A stretch of DNA of 64,000 bases from a virus. The position numbers were made by a program, and so were the translations under genes. The notes beneath the pieces were generated by a model, which saw nothing but the letters and a program-made list of their open reading frames with translations, made no database searches and was not told where the DNA came from. The stretch covers positions 64,001 through 128,000 of IMG/VR virus record IMGVR_UViG_3300025132_000021; one strand, given 5' to 3'. Shown piece after piece: positions 46,236 through 55,320 of the stretch (its first letter is position 1; each line of letters opens with the position of its first letter).

Positions 46236-48939
46236 CTTGTCCGTCCATGAAAGAATATGGGCTACGGTCGTTAATAGAAACAACTTTTAGTTCACCATTC
46301 CAAACTAAAGTAGAACCATTTTCTAACTTGCGAGAAGGAATTGGTGCTAACGCCAAATCAGGGAAAGACCCTGAATCTTTAGGGAAACCTTTCTCTACAT
46401 TAAAACTTTCAATTTGCATCTCTGAACCATCTGGGAAAATCAGATAAATAAAATCTTCAGAATAAGTGTTGCCTAAATCTACGGCCACTACCATATCTTC
46501 GGATTTCCAATCCTCCATTCCTACATCATCAGCAGCCATTTCTATCCAGTTTAACAAATACTCGGCTAATTGAAAACTAATGTTTTCTAATCCATCGTTA
46601 TTCTTTTCTTCAAAAGAAAGAATTGGTTGTCTAAGCATAGTAATATCGCCATCATTATATCCTAAATAACTAAAACTAAATTGACGAGGTGAGCGAGCAT
46701 TAGCATCTCTAATAAAACCAAAGTTTTTACTACGATAGATACGGGCTAAGTTTCGGTGAAATACTAAGTTTTCATCTGACATCCAGAGCCAAAACAAATC
46801 AGCATCACTACTTACTGAACTTTCAGCCCCTTTTGCTAATGCCTTGTAGCAAGCACACTTTGGTTCAATTGCCGAGCAACTCATTGGCTCAGGTGCTTTC
46901 ATGCAAACACAAGGATTGGATTTAGTAGCACCACAGCAACACGAAGTTTTGCTAAGTTTTTCTTCAGCATCACGACGGCGTTTGAGCGACGGTGTTCCGT
47001 CCAGAGGAGTCCAGTTCACAGGTTCTCCAAACTCCATTGGTCTTTGAATAGGTGCAGAACCTTCTTCAGATGCAAAAGGATTTAATTTTTTAGCAGCAGT
47101 TTGAGCCTTATCTTTAATTTTTTGAGTTGCTGGCATCTGTTCTACGGTAGACCTTACTCCACCATATTTGCGGTTGCACCACTCTTCTTGTCTTTCTCTT
47201 TCCTCTACCAATGCCGACTCATCTTTAGTATTCGCAAAGACAGATGCTTTAATTGCATTCCCGAACTCTTGATAAAATGCTGCTTTTTCATTATGTGTCA
47301 GACCTGAGATTTCGGGGGCAACATCTTCTACCAACATATTAACAATCATTGAGCAATTTATGTTCTTTTGAGGAGTTGAATACAGGGTGTAGTTATCATC
47401 ACCAGCCCGACAATAAATACCCATAGCCCTCGCAATAGGCCATGCCAATCTTTTAATTGCGCCTGATGGAATCTCAAACCGTTGCTTAACATAATCTTTA
47501 CCTTCTTTCTTATCCACCATTGTTGCTTGTTTAGTAAAACTACTAACCATTTCTGCAACACCCATCACTGAAGGTTCACTTGTTGCACTGGCGGTTGGAA
47601 TCTTTGACATAGGTTCTCCACGAGCCAAGGCCGCTACCACATCTAATGGAGATTGCACCACACCAGTTCCACTGACAGTAGGACCAGTAGTGCCTGTTTC
47701 TAATTGGGCTAACTCTTCCATCATAATTGATGACAAATCTCTGTAAAACTTCTGACTTTTATTTCCATAAGGCGGTGCAGCCACGACATAACCATCTTTG
47801 GCTAATCTTTTTAATCCACCAATTAAAGCGGCTCGTAATGGTTCAGTTCTTGATTTTGCCCCATCAACTTCTCCCTTAACATAATCTGCTTGAAAACTTT
47901 GTTCAGCACGCATTTCTGGAGGCTTATAGGTGCGACCCAACAAATCATAGATTTCTTCTTCAGTTGCCCCGCCGAGATACTCGTTGGTATCACGGTCAAA
48001 CAATCCGTATTCATTAAGTTTCAAACCTTTGCGCTTGGCTGCCGAGCGCATACCAATGTTATATCCAGAAGGTCCTGTAAAATAAAGTAAGGCTGCGCCG
48101 ATACCAGTAGGTGTGCTAACTTTAATATCTACTTTAACACCATCAATAACTAATTGAGTTTTCTTTTCACCCAACCAATTATATTTCTCATAGTTTCCTT
48201 CTAAGTCGGCTACTATTTCTGGCAAAGTAATACCTTCTTTAAGAATAACTACTACATCAAGGTCGCCCGGGTCTTCCCGACCACGACGATAACTTCCACA
48301 AACTTCTACAAAGTCTGCATAAGGTTCTAACATATCTGAAACTTTATTGGCTAAGAGTTCTGCTTCTGCACGAGTCATACGCTCTGATTCATCTCGGTCT
48401 TCTGCCCCAAACTTTTCAACTAATTGTTTCATAATTTCTTCTTCACTAATCAATCCTAATCTAACCATAGATTCCAACTGCAACAAAGTTTCTTGCATCT
48501 GGGCTTCTTCAATCATCTTTTGATACATCACAGCACGCTCGGCGTAACCTTTTGGAACTTTACCTCTGACCACGGCATTAAAAGTTTCAATTTCGTCCAC
48601 ATCAACTTCTTCCATAACATACAAAATACGATAAGCAGGTTCGTCGTCTAAACTTTCTTCTTGGAGAATGTAGGAAACTTGGTCTTCCGCTTCGCCACGA
48701 ACACCAATGAAAACTTTGTAAGGTAAATCTGCTTTAGTAGACACGGCTTCTAAACTCACGAACTCATCAGCAGGCAAAAGTTCTTGAACACGATATTCCG
48801 CATCAAAGTCCATTAGATATTTAGAATTACGAAACATTTGTTGAGCAAATTGATAAGGCACTAAAACATACCTTTGATTATCTCTGGGGTCAGAAACAAT
48901 AGTTCCCATAGGAGATACAGAAACAAAATTAAGTTGCAT
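46231..48939 (-). CDS. polX: polyprotein-like protein containing a minimal family X DNA polymerase (aa ~181-346)
   Basis: CGSYRRG..GDLDVVV, KVDI, LLYFTG, GLKLNEYGL, EEEIYDLLG..PPEMR; bracketed by FGAE and MRAE; P-I at 48969. Confidence 0.85.
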   Translation of the reverse strand: MQLNFVSVSPMGTIVSDPRDNQRYVLVPYQFAQQMFRNSKYLMDFDAEYRVQELLPADEFVSLEAVSTKADLPYKVFIGVRGEAEDQVSYILQEESLDDEPAYRILYVMEEVDVDEIETFNAVVRGKVPKGYAERAVMYQKMIEEAQMQETLLQLESMVRLGLISEEEIMKQLVEKFGAEDRDESERMTRAEAELLANKVSDMLEPYADFVEVCGSYRRGREDPGDLDVVVILKEGITLPEIVADLEGNYEKYNWLGEKKTQLVIDGVKVDIKVSTPTGIGAALLYFTGPSGYNIGMRSAAKRKGLKLNEYGLFDRDTNEYLGGATEEEIYDLLGRTYKPPEMRAEQSFQADYVKGEVDGAKSRTEPLRAALIGGLKRLAKDGYVVAAPPYGNKSQKFYRDLSSIMMEELAQLETGTTGPTVSGTGVVQSPLDVVAALARGEPMSKIPTASATSEPSVMGVAEMVSSFTKQATMVDKKEGKDYVKQRFEIPSGAIKRLAWPIARAMGIYCRAGDDNYTLYSTPQKNINCSMIVNMLVEDVAPEISGLTHNEKAAFYQEFGNAIKASVFANTKDESALVEERERQEEWCNRKYGGVRSTVEQMPATQKIKDKAQTAAKKLNPFASEEGSAPIQRPMEFGEPVNWTPLDGTPSLKRRRDAEEKLSKTSCCCGATKSNPCVCMKAPEPMSCSAIEPKCACYKALAKGAESSVSSDADLFWLWMSDENLVFHRNLARIYRSKNFGFIRDANARSPRQFSFSYLGYNDGDITMLRQPILSFEEKNNDGLENISFQLAEYLLNWIEMAADDVGMEDWKSEDMVVAVDLGNTYSEDFIYLIFPDGSEMQIESFNVEKGFPKDSGSFPDLALAPIPSRKLENGSTLVWNGELKVVSINDRSPYSFMDGQV

Positions 48940-48965
48940 ATAACTAAGTTATACTCAACCGATAC

Positions 48966-50351
48966 TTAAAGATATGGATAAGGAGTAGCACTCCAAACCT
49001 CTATGGTTTCCGCACCATATTCTCCAGACATCAATTCATAACCAACAAACTTCCAGATTTCAGCCCATGAGCCTCCGCAGGAATTACACCTTACTTCTTG
49101 TAAGCCGTTTTCTAAAGAACCCTCGTAGCCAATATCGTCTGCACCACACCAAGGACAGTGCATCAATTCTGCCATTTCCATGAAAGTTTCAGCATTCATA
49201 GCCTTGTCTATCTCCCAATCTCCATCATTATTCTCTTCATCAAGATAATTACGGGATACTCCAAGTTCATACACAGGTTCTTTATCCATGACACAAAGTT
49301 CATTTTCTTGCCAGAAAAAACTGATGTTATAGGCAATTGTAGAAGCCCAATCTACGGCTTCCCACGGAATCCAAGCAGTTAATACGATACGGTCAAAATC
49401 TTTTCCTTCTTCGCCTTTCATGTGGTCTATACCCTCATGTCCGAACAATGCCCCTGCGTAAAACTTACTCTGCCACAACCAAGAAGTAATCTTATCTCCA
49501 TAAACTCCATATTGGTCTTGCTTTCTATTTTCCCAATTGCCTAATGAATCTACATTAACTGGTGTGCCTACGGGAACATAAAGAACTCTCCATGCTTGCA
49601 TCATTATTCCATGGTCGTCATCAGAATACATCCAAGTTCCCTTTTCAAATCTTTCAAGCCAAATATCAAACATCCTCTCAAAGTATTCATCTTTAGTGGT
49701 ATCTTCGCCAAGTTCCGAACCATCAGGCAAGTCAAACCCTTCCTCATAAGCCCCCAATCCTCCTCCAGCCATATTATGTTCTGCCCAATGTTTAATATCT
49801 TCTTGAGCAGGTGAATACCAAATCCGTTTTATTTCATTTATGATATAATCTGTGCAAGCAAAGTTTTCTTCACTTGATTCTGCATCCAATCTACGGGTCT
49901 CATTGTTTTTGGGAAATAAACTGCTGCCCCAAAACTTTTTGCCAGTGCGCTTGGCCTTACGAACTACCATTGGAGTTCCTGTGCTATCACGAGGCACACG
50001 GTTTAGATAACCAGACTTGACTAAGTTCTCTAACTCATAAACACGGTTTAACAAATTGCGTCGCCAGTTTTCTACTCGGTGAACTCTGGTCGTTCCAGCA
50101 ACTTTCACTCCATCTACCCAGTATTGCACTCGGATAGCATCACGACCTTTCGCCCGACTGGTCTGCCCAGTCACGCTGGAATAAACTCGGATTTCGCCCT
50201 CACCCAAAGGACGGGTGAACACTCTTTCTTTGACAACTCGGATTGCCCCACTGGGATATTTACTGGACCGTTCTTCTATGGAAAGTTCCCTAAAACTCAA
50301 GGCTTCCATAAAATCTTGCATTTGAGCCACGCTAATATCAACATAACTCAT
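48966..50351 (-). CDS. multi-domain protein: basic N-domain, degenerate topoisomerase Zn ribbon, ADP-ribosyltransferase-like domain, Zn ribbon
   Basis: P-I at 50380 (29 nt); LDAE, MNAE, YGAE boundaries; R..S..ExE arrangement. Confidence 0.6.
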   Translation of the reverse strand: MSYVDISVAQMQDFMEALSFRELSIEERSSKYPSGAIRVVKERVFTRPLGEGEIRVYSSVTGQTSRAKGRDAIRVQYWVDGVKVAGTTRVHRVENWRRNLLNRVYELENLVKSGYLNRVPRDSTGTPMVVRKAKRTGKKFWGSSLFPKNNETRRLDAESSEENFACTDYIINEIKRIWYSPAQEDIKHWAEHNMAGGGLGAYEEGFDLPDGSELGEDTTKDEYFERMFDIWLERFEKGTWMYSDDDHGIMMQAWRVLYVPVGTPVNVDSLGNWENRKQDQYGVYGDKITSWLWQSKFYAGALFGHEGIDHMKGEEGKDFDRIVLTAWIPWEAVDWASTIAYNISFFWQENELCVMDKEPVYELGVSRNYLDEENNDGDWEIDKAMNAETFMEMAELMHCPWCGADDIGYEGSLENGLQEVRCNSCGGSWAEIWKFVGYELMSGEYGAETIEVWSATPYPYL

Positions 50352-50373
50352 AGATTATCTCAAGTCGTGCGAC

Positions 50374-50390
50374 TACTTAAAGATTAAGTA
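50374..50390. promoter_or_regulatory. back-to-back class I boxes TACTTAA-AGA-TTAAGTA
   Basis: Perfect inverted repeat; the minus copy is 29 nt from ATG 50351, the plus copy has no ATG at 29 nt. Confidence 0.7.
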
Positions 50391-50394
50391 TCAA

Positions 50395-50521
50395 GGACTC
50401 GCAGCCCTCATCCCATCGGCTTCGCCTCAAGTGTCTACGACACAGGGGGCAACCTATCCCTCTGTTGCTACGCAACATTCACCCCATCCGGGGAGAGGAG
50501 ATTCCTCTTAGGGTATAGTCC
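50395..50521. other. GC-rich multi-hairpin non-coding element
   Basis: Six adjacent short inverted repeats enclosed by GGACT/AGTCC and CCCT/AGGG. Confidence 0.6.
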
Positions 50522-50523
50522 AC

Positions 50524-50682
50524 TTACTCGTTGAGGTCGGCCATGCGGTCGCTCAAAAGCAATAGTGCTGATGCCCAAAGTCCGACAAAGATACCAAGGT
50601 TCTCGTCGTGAGCAAAGTAAATAGCAATACTACCCAAGATTGATACAAGGCTTGCACCTAATCCCAACTTTTTCCAGTTCAT
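50524..50682 (-). CDS. 52-aa 2-TM membrane protein (absent from the ORF track)
   Basis: MNWKKLGLGASLVSILGSIAIYFAHDENLGIFVGLWASALLLLSDRMADLNE*; ATGA overlap and GGAGG SD. Confidence 0.8.
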   Translation of the reverse strand: MNWKKLGLGASLVSILGSIAIYFAHDENLGIFVGLWASALLLLSDRMADLNE

Positions 50683-51101
50683 GCCAATGCCTCCTGAAGT
50701 CGTGCCAACAAGTCTGCCTTCTTACCAGTGATAGGAAGGTTAAGTTCTTTGAGTCGGTCTTTAAGTTGAGCGACAGTCAGAGCCTTGAGTTCTTCAATTT
50801 CTTCAGTAGCCGACTCAACAGCAGAGTCCACCGCAGCATCTACTACATCTTCAATGCTTTCTCCTGCTTCCAATGCTTCTTCTACATCGTCTACCACATC
50901 TTCTGCAACATCTTCTGCGGCAGAAGCAATAGTTTCAACGACACTATCAAGTTCTACATCAATGCCTGTGGCATCTTCAATAGCGTCTTCAATTTTGTCA
51001 GCAATTTGTTCAATCGTCTTTCCTCGGTTTTTGAGCCACCAGCCAGCGACAGCCGCCGTAGCGATGCCCAGACCAGTTAGCAATACGGTGTTTGGTTCCA
51101 T
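50679..51101 (-). CDS. membrane-anchored SAP-domain DNA-binding protein
   Basis: N-terminal TM, acidic helical linker, LTVAQLKDRLKELNLPITGKKADLLARL SAP motif; P-I at 51130 (29 nt). Confidence 0.85.
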   Translation of the reverse strand: MEPNTVLLTGLGIATAAVAGWWLKNRGKTIEQIADKIEDAIEDATGIDVELDSVVETIASAAEDVAEDVVDDVEEALEAGESIEDVVDAAVDSAVESATEEIEELKALTVAQLKDRLKELNLPITGKKADLLARLQEALA

Positions 51102-51126
51102 GATTCTAATAAGTCGTATGACCTAC

Positions 51127-52077
51127 TTAAAGTTGTTCATCATTGAGATTGTGTTTAACCTCTATGACTTCTGGCTTAGTGGGATACTGCATGGCCGTAT
51201 CTTCATTAAGGAACATCACTTGAAATTGTCCCTTTGAGGTTTCTTCGGTTAATTCACTCTTGGATAAATAAATAGGTGGTCGGAACATTAAGTTATCATC
51301 AACACCTGTGGATACATCACTCATCATCTTGGCTTCGTATCTTTGCAGGATTTGTTCTAAGCGAGTTAAGTCCATATCTCCAGATGCCGAAATACGACCT
51401 GTGCTGGCAGCGTGAGCCGAAACTTTTGAATTGCCTAAGAACTTGTTGGCTAAATCAGCATCAGAAATAATTAAACTTTCCAACTTTTGTCTAAGTATTG
51501 TCATTACTTGCGGTTTCCAAAACTCTGCTACTTCAAAAGGACTCAAGGTGCTGTTCCAGTTTTCAAAGTCCACTTGCCACCAAATATCCATGTATTCAGC
51601 ATCGGCTTCAGCAGGTGTAGCCTTTGGTCCCATTTGTTCTCCACGACCAATAGTAGTTCCACCCAATCCCAGAATGCCTCCATAATATACTAATGAATAG
51701 TTTTCAGTTTTGACAAAGTTTGTTTGCCACTTACCACCAGTTCTGGAGATAACATATTCTTCAACTCCACTACCCGGAAAAGTTTCATAAGTTTGTCTGC
51801 TCATGGTTTTCACAGTGGTTTCTAATTCTTTTGCAGCCGCAGTTGCCGACTTTCCTTCATTCATTAGGTCAATCATTTCAAATCTTTTCTGTTCAGGTGT
51901 GCGAACAATTTCAAATCTGCGGTTCTTGATAATCCATTTAATTCCTTTGGCAGCCAAATAACCTTTCAAAGTTTTCGGAGTAGTGCGTGCCAGTTTAGTG
52001 GCTCTGGTCATACTAATGCCACGACTCAATAACAAATCCAGAGCAATTAAGGCTCTTTGTTGGGTCAATGGATTCAT
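51127..52077 (-). CDS. tandem HTH DNA-binding protein
   Basis: SMTRATKLARTTPKTL and SATAAAKELETTVKTM; P-I at 52106 puts the start at ATG 52077. Confidence 0.6.
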   Translation of the reverse strand: MNPLTQQRALIALDLLLSRGISMTRATKLARTTPKTLKGYLAAKGIKWIIKNRRFEIVRTPEQKRFEMIDLMNEGKSATAAAKELETTVKTMSRQTYETFPGSGVEEYVISRTGGKWQTNFVKTENYSLVYYGGILGLGGTTIGRGEQMGPKATPAEADAEYMDIWWQVDFENWNSTLSPFEVAEFWKPQVMTILRQKLESLIISDADLANKFLGNSKVSAHAASTGRISASGDMDLTRLEQILQRYEAKMMSDVSTGVDDNLMFRPPIYLSKSELTEETSKGQFQVMFLNEDTAMQYPTKPEVIEVKHNLNDEQL

Positions 52078-52102
52078 ATTATCACTATCTCCTATCAACT
52101 AC

Positions 52103-53827
52103 TTAACTGTTGTCATCGTCCCACATATCAGGTGGAAGCACTTGAATGAATGTGGCTTTCTGTATGTTTTTCTCTGTGCATTCCAACCAACCTTGGTTAA
52201 TCATGTATTCCCATTCTTTGTCGCTAAATGGAACTCTGTCCCGCATTTCTTTGACATCTGCAAACGCTCTTTCTAAAGTTTGTGCATAGTCATTTAAGCG
52301 TTGGTGAACTTCAGCAATTCTTTTAGATGCCCCTGACTTAATATACTTCCAATCTCCATCTTGAATCAATGTATTCAAAGATTCAGTAAAGATGCGCTCG
52401 GCTTTTTCAATACTCATGCGAGAAACTACTCTTTCACCATTTAGTCGGGCAAACCCTTTGCACAGGTTCACAAACTCTTGAAACTTTCGGAAATCACGAC
52501 TGGTTCTTTTGTCTAAGAAAGCAGCAGAGAACTCTGGCATCGCCTTAATACGATTCATGGCTTCACGAATGTCCATACGATGTGGAGTAATATCGGGTTC
52601 TTGTTCACTTACATACCTTAGATACTGACGGAAGAAACTTCTCCACATACTCAAGTTGTTGTTAAACTCTTTCTTGAGATACTTACCATTCATAGCATCA
52701 AGGATTTTATCTTCAATAGCATACTCGGTATCACCATCAGTCAAGGTCATACGAGCGAAAATCAATGTCAAACGACTAAGAATCTGTGGTGTGTATTCTC
52801 CAAAAGCACCTAACATACCCATTTTAGCAGGTCTACCATCTTTGGTTTCTGTTTTGGGGTCCCAATCACGAGGAGGATTACCTAAGAACATAAAATTAAC
52901 TTTACCTTCTCTTTTGGTGTCCACTTGTCCTTTTTGCATTGTGAAACTACCATTAGCCATCACATTCATTAGTTCACCGAATACCTCTTGATTCCATGTT
53001 TGAAACTCGGACACAGCGATGCGTTCATTATTCATCTTTGGTATCAATCCCAACTCAATTGAGTTGAGGTCTTCGCCACTCATGGCTCCGAATAACCCCG
53101 GAATTGTGCAAAGTTTTCCACTGGAGGCTACGCCACACGGCACTAAAGGTTCAATCATCTGTTCAATCAAATGGTCTTTACCCTCGCCCATACTGCTGAT
53201 AATACCCATGTGTAGCATATCAGTTTTCTTTTGAGGACTTAGGCAATACAACATAACTCCATATTTGATAGGAGGGTCTGCATAAAGTTTAGACCATAAA
53301 GTATCATCACGAACCATCAATTCTAATGGGCTGAAAGCAGGACCGTGTTCATCACACAAAGCCATAAACTCCGTGAACTGTTCATCAGTCATCTGGCTAC
53401 TTTGCATTTCAACATTCTTTTGAATGTCAGTGACTACAAAGACCTTATCACGACCCATCATTTGATAAGCACCGCTTACCATGAGTTGTGAACCATCACG
53501 AATACTTTCAGTTAGCATCATCATTGTTTGACGCAGCCGTTCTGAATCCATACCACCGGGTCTGGAATCTAAACTACCATTATGTGCCATGCACTCTACG
53601 GCGTAAGTTCCATCACTGATGAAGAAACGAATAGCCGACTGGTCAGGATTAGGACTTTTAGAATTAAGAGGAACTTCTTCCATCTTCAGACAAATGCCTG
53701 AACCTATTTCTAAATGCTTCTGTGAAATCTTAGCGGCATAGATGCGCTCAATGTTGGCATCGGTGCTATGATAGGTGGATGTTGCAGACTCTACGAACTC
53801 ATGTATTTCGCTCGGAATGTCTAACAT
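52103..53827 (-). CDS. mcm: divergent MCM-family replicative helicase
   Basis: LHMGIISSMGEGKD, TIPGLFGA, IELGLI, IAVSEF, MANGSFTMQKG, GNP, ILSRLTL arginine finger, FARL; N-terminal OB fold. Confidence 0.8.
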   Translation of the reverse strand: MLDIPSEIHEFVESATSTYHSTDANIERIYAAKISQKHLEIGSGICLKMEEVPLNSKSPNPDQSAIRFFISDGTYAVECMAHNGSLDSRPGGMDSERLRQTMMMLTESIRDGSQLMVSGAYQMMGRDKVFVVTDIQKNVEMQSSQMTDEQFTEFMALCDEHGPAFSPLELMVRDDTLWSKLYADPPIKYGVMLYCLSPQKKTDMLHMGIISSMGEGKDHLIEQMIEPLVPCGVASSGKLCTIPGLFGAMSGEDLNSIELGLIPKMNNERIAVSEFQTWNQEVFGELMNVMANGSFTMQKGQVDTKREGKVNFMFLGNPPRDWDPKTETKDGRPAKMGMLGAFGEYTPQILSRLTLIFARMTLTDGDTEYAIEDKILDAMNGKYLKKEFNNNLSMWRSFFRQYLRYVSEQEPDITPHRMDIREAMNRIKAMPEFSAAFLDKRTSRDFRKFQEFVNLCKGFARLNGERVVSRMSIEKAERIFTESLNTLIQDGDWKYIKSGASKRIAEVHQRLNDYAQTLERAFADVKEMRDRVPFSDKEWEYMINQGWLECTEKNIQKATFIQVLPPDMWDDDNS

Positions 53828-53858
53828 TTATCATCACCTTCACCTACCAATACTCGCT

Positions 53859-53872
53859 ATTACCCTATTAAG
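53859..53872 (-). promoter_or_regulatory. Class II promoter-like motif CTTAATAGGGTAAT upstream of MCM
   Basis: 45 nt before the ATG; followed by GGTGATGA SD. Confidence 0.5.
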
Positions 53873-54126
53873 GATGATGCAGTAGCCGCCGAACCCCTTT
53901 TTTGACGAAGGAGGGGGATTCATTATCACCAATTACGGTGTTTTGACCCAATCCATTCCTGACGCATTATTACTTTTCAATAACGCTAACGCCAATCATG
54001 TTAGTGGTGGCAACAACGGGGGTGTAAAGTCCGACGCAGCAAGGAGCCTTACAGGAAGGAGCCTATACGCTACGCCAGACCCTACATTACGAAGTCTGCA
54101 TCAACCCCAGACGGGGCTGGTTTGTC

Positions 54127-54675
54127 TCACTCTGATGGTGCAGGTGGGCTGTATGGTTCAGTAGTTTGCTGGTCAGCAGGGACTTCTGGTAGAGCCTCAC
54201 GGAGAGCGTCAGCGTCAGCGTTTCGGATAATTCCGTGGAAGGACTTGAAGGTTCTTCCTGCATTCTTCTGACTCTCGTTCATCTTACGAAGGAAGTCAAG
54301 TTGGACTGGCAAGTGATATTGGTTCTTACCATCTTCATTCATTTCAACAAGGTTGTTCTGCTTGATAAAGCGTTCAAAGTCTTGCTTTTCGTATCCATTC
54401 AAGTAAAACTTGACACGGCGGCCTGCATCTGCTTCACCATCATTACCCGGTGCGACACATCGTAGAACCATAGACTCACTACCCAGTGGGCTTGTGGTCT
54501 CGTTGTATGAAATTAGTGTGTATCCAGAATAGACTTTACCCATCTCTGGCTTAATAACCTCATATACGGTGCGAGGGCCACGAGTTGCGGCACGCTCGGC
54601 TCGGCGGTCGTTGTCAATTGTTTCAAGTTCCGAAAGGAACGCATCTACATCATTATTTACGGTTTCTTTGCTCAT
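54127..54675 (-). CDS. putative OB-fold ssDNA-binding protein
   Basis: Beta-rich core, disordered acidic tail, next to MCM; A-tract plus GGAGATGA SD favours the MSKET start. Confidence 0.45.
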   Translation of the reverse strand: MSKETVNNDVDAFLSELETIDNDRRAERAATRGPRTVYEVIKPEMGKVYSGYTLISYNETTSPLGSESMVLRCVAPGNDGEADAGRRVKFYLNGYEKQDFERFIKQNNLVEMNEDGKNQYHLPVQLDFLRKMNESQKNAGRTFKSFHGIIRNADADALREALPEVPADQQTTEPYSPPAPSE

Positions 54676-54752
54676 TTTGTTCATCTCCATTTTTGTTTTC
54701 AGTTTTTTTTTTAATGCGCCCAATTCAGTGGTGGGCAATCTTACTAAGTGGT

Positions 54753-54766
54753 ATCACCCATATAAA
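54753..54766 (-). promoter_or_regulatory. Class II promoter TTTATATGGGTGAT (copy 1)
   Basis: Exact 14-bp repeat of 54852-54865. Confidence 0.6.
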
Positions 54767-54851
54767 CATAAGCATCTACTCGCAGAAGCGAATAGAAACC
54801 ACATAGTTCTGATTGCTGACCTCCTTGTTGGACATAATACTACTATGGGTC

Positions 54852-54865
54852 ATCACCCATATAAA
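54852..54865 (-). promoter_or_regulatory. Class II promoter TTTATATGGGTGAT (copy 2)
   Basis: ATG at 54835 lies at leaderless spacing and opens a 19-aa ORF. Confidence 0.6.
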
Positions 54866-54873
54866 GTTGCAGA

Positions 54874-55320
54874 TTATTGGGTCTTAATCTTGGTTTCAAC
54901 CGCTTTCACATGAAACAGAAAGCAGTGTTTTTGGTGTGAAGCAGGAATACTATTGATTCTATCCAGACCTTCTTTGCCAGTGTAATACAATTCAAAACCT
55001 TCATCTTGAATCGCCGCCCAGAATAACCAGAAATCTACTGTGCCATCATTCATTTCTTGAGACTTACGGCATATTTTGTCAAACGCCGTGGCTTCATCAT
55101 CGTCTAAGTAATCCTCAAACTCCTGTTGATAAAATGAAGTCACTCGCATACTTTTTAACATTTCCAATAAGTTCTCGTAAATATCTTGGTCAGTCATGGG
55201 TAAATAACGAATACGGGTTTTAGTAATCGGCAGTTTGGCAGGATTACTTTTAGACACACGCATGAGTAACACCTTATTAGGTGGCGCACGAGTCCAGTTG
55301 ATAATATCTATTGGGTTCAT
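54874..55320 (-). CDS. hypothetical protein
   Basis: TGATG coupling and GGTGAG SD support the start at 55320. Confidence 0.65.
   Translation of the reverse strand: MNPIDIINWTRAPPNKVLLMRVSKSNPAKLPITKTRIRYLPMTDQDIYENLLEMLKSMRVTSFYQQEFEDYLDDDEATAFDKICRKSQEMNDGTVDFWLFWAAIQDEGFELYYTGKEGLDRINSIPASHQKHCFLFHVKAVETKIKTQ

Noticed and set aside
42624-53827. Cellular archaeal chromosome segment, suggested by DP2 and MCM
   Set aside because: These genes are interleaved with ORFans carrying the same promoter and peptide motifs as the capsid region; no housekeeping neighbours.
53943-54164. 73-aa plus-strand ORF
   Set aside because: TTG start, opposite to flanking genes, overlaps the SSB candidate and has no promoter; the region is better explained as non-coding.
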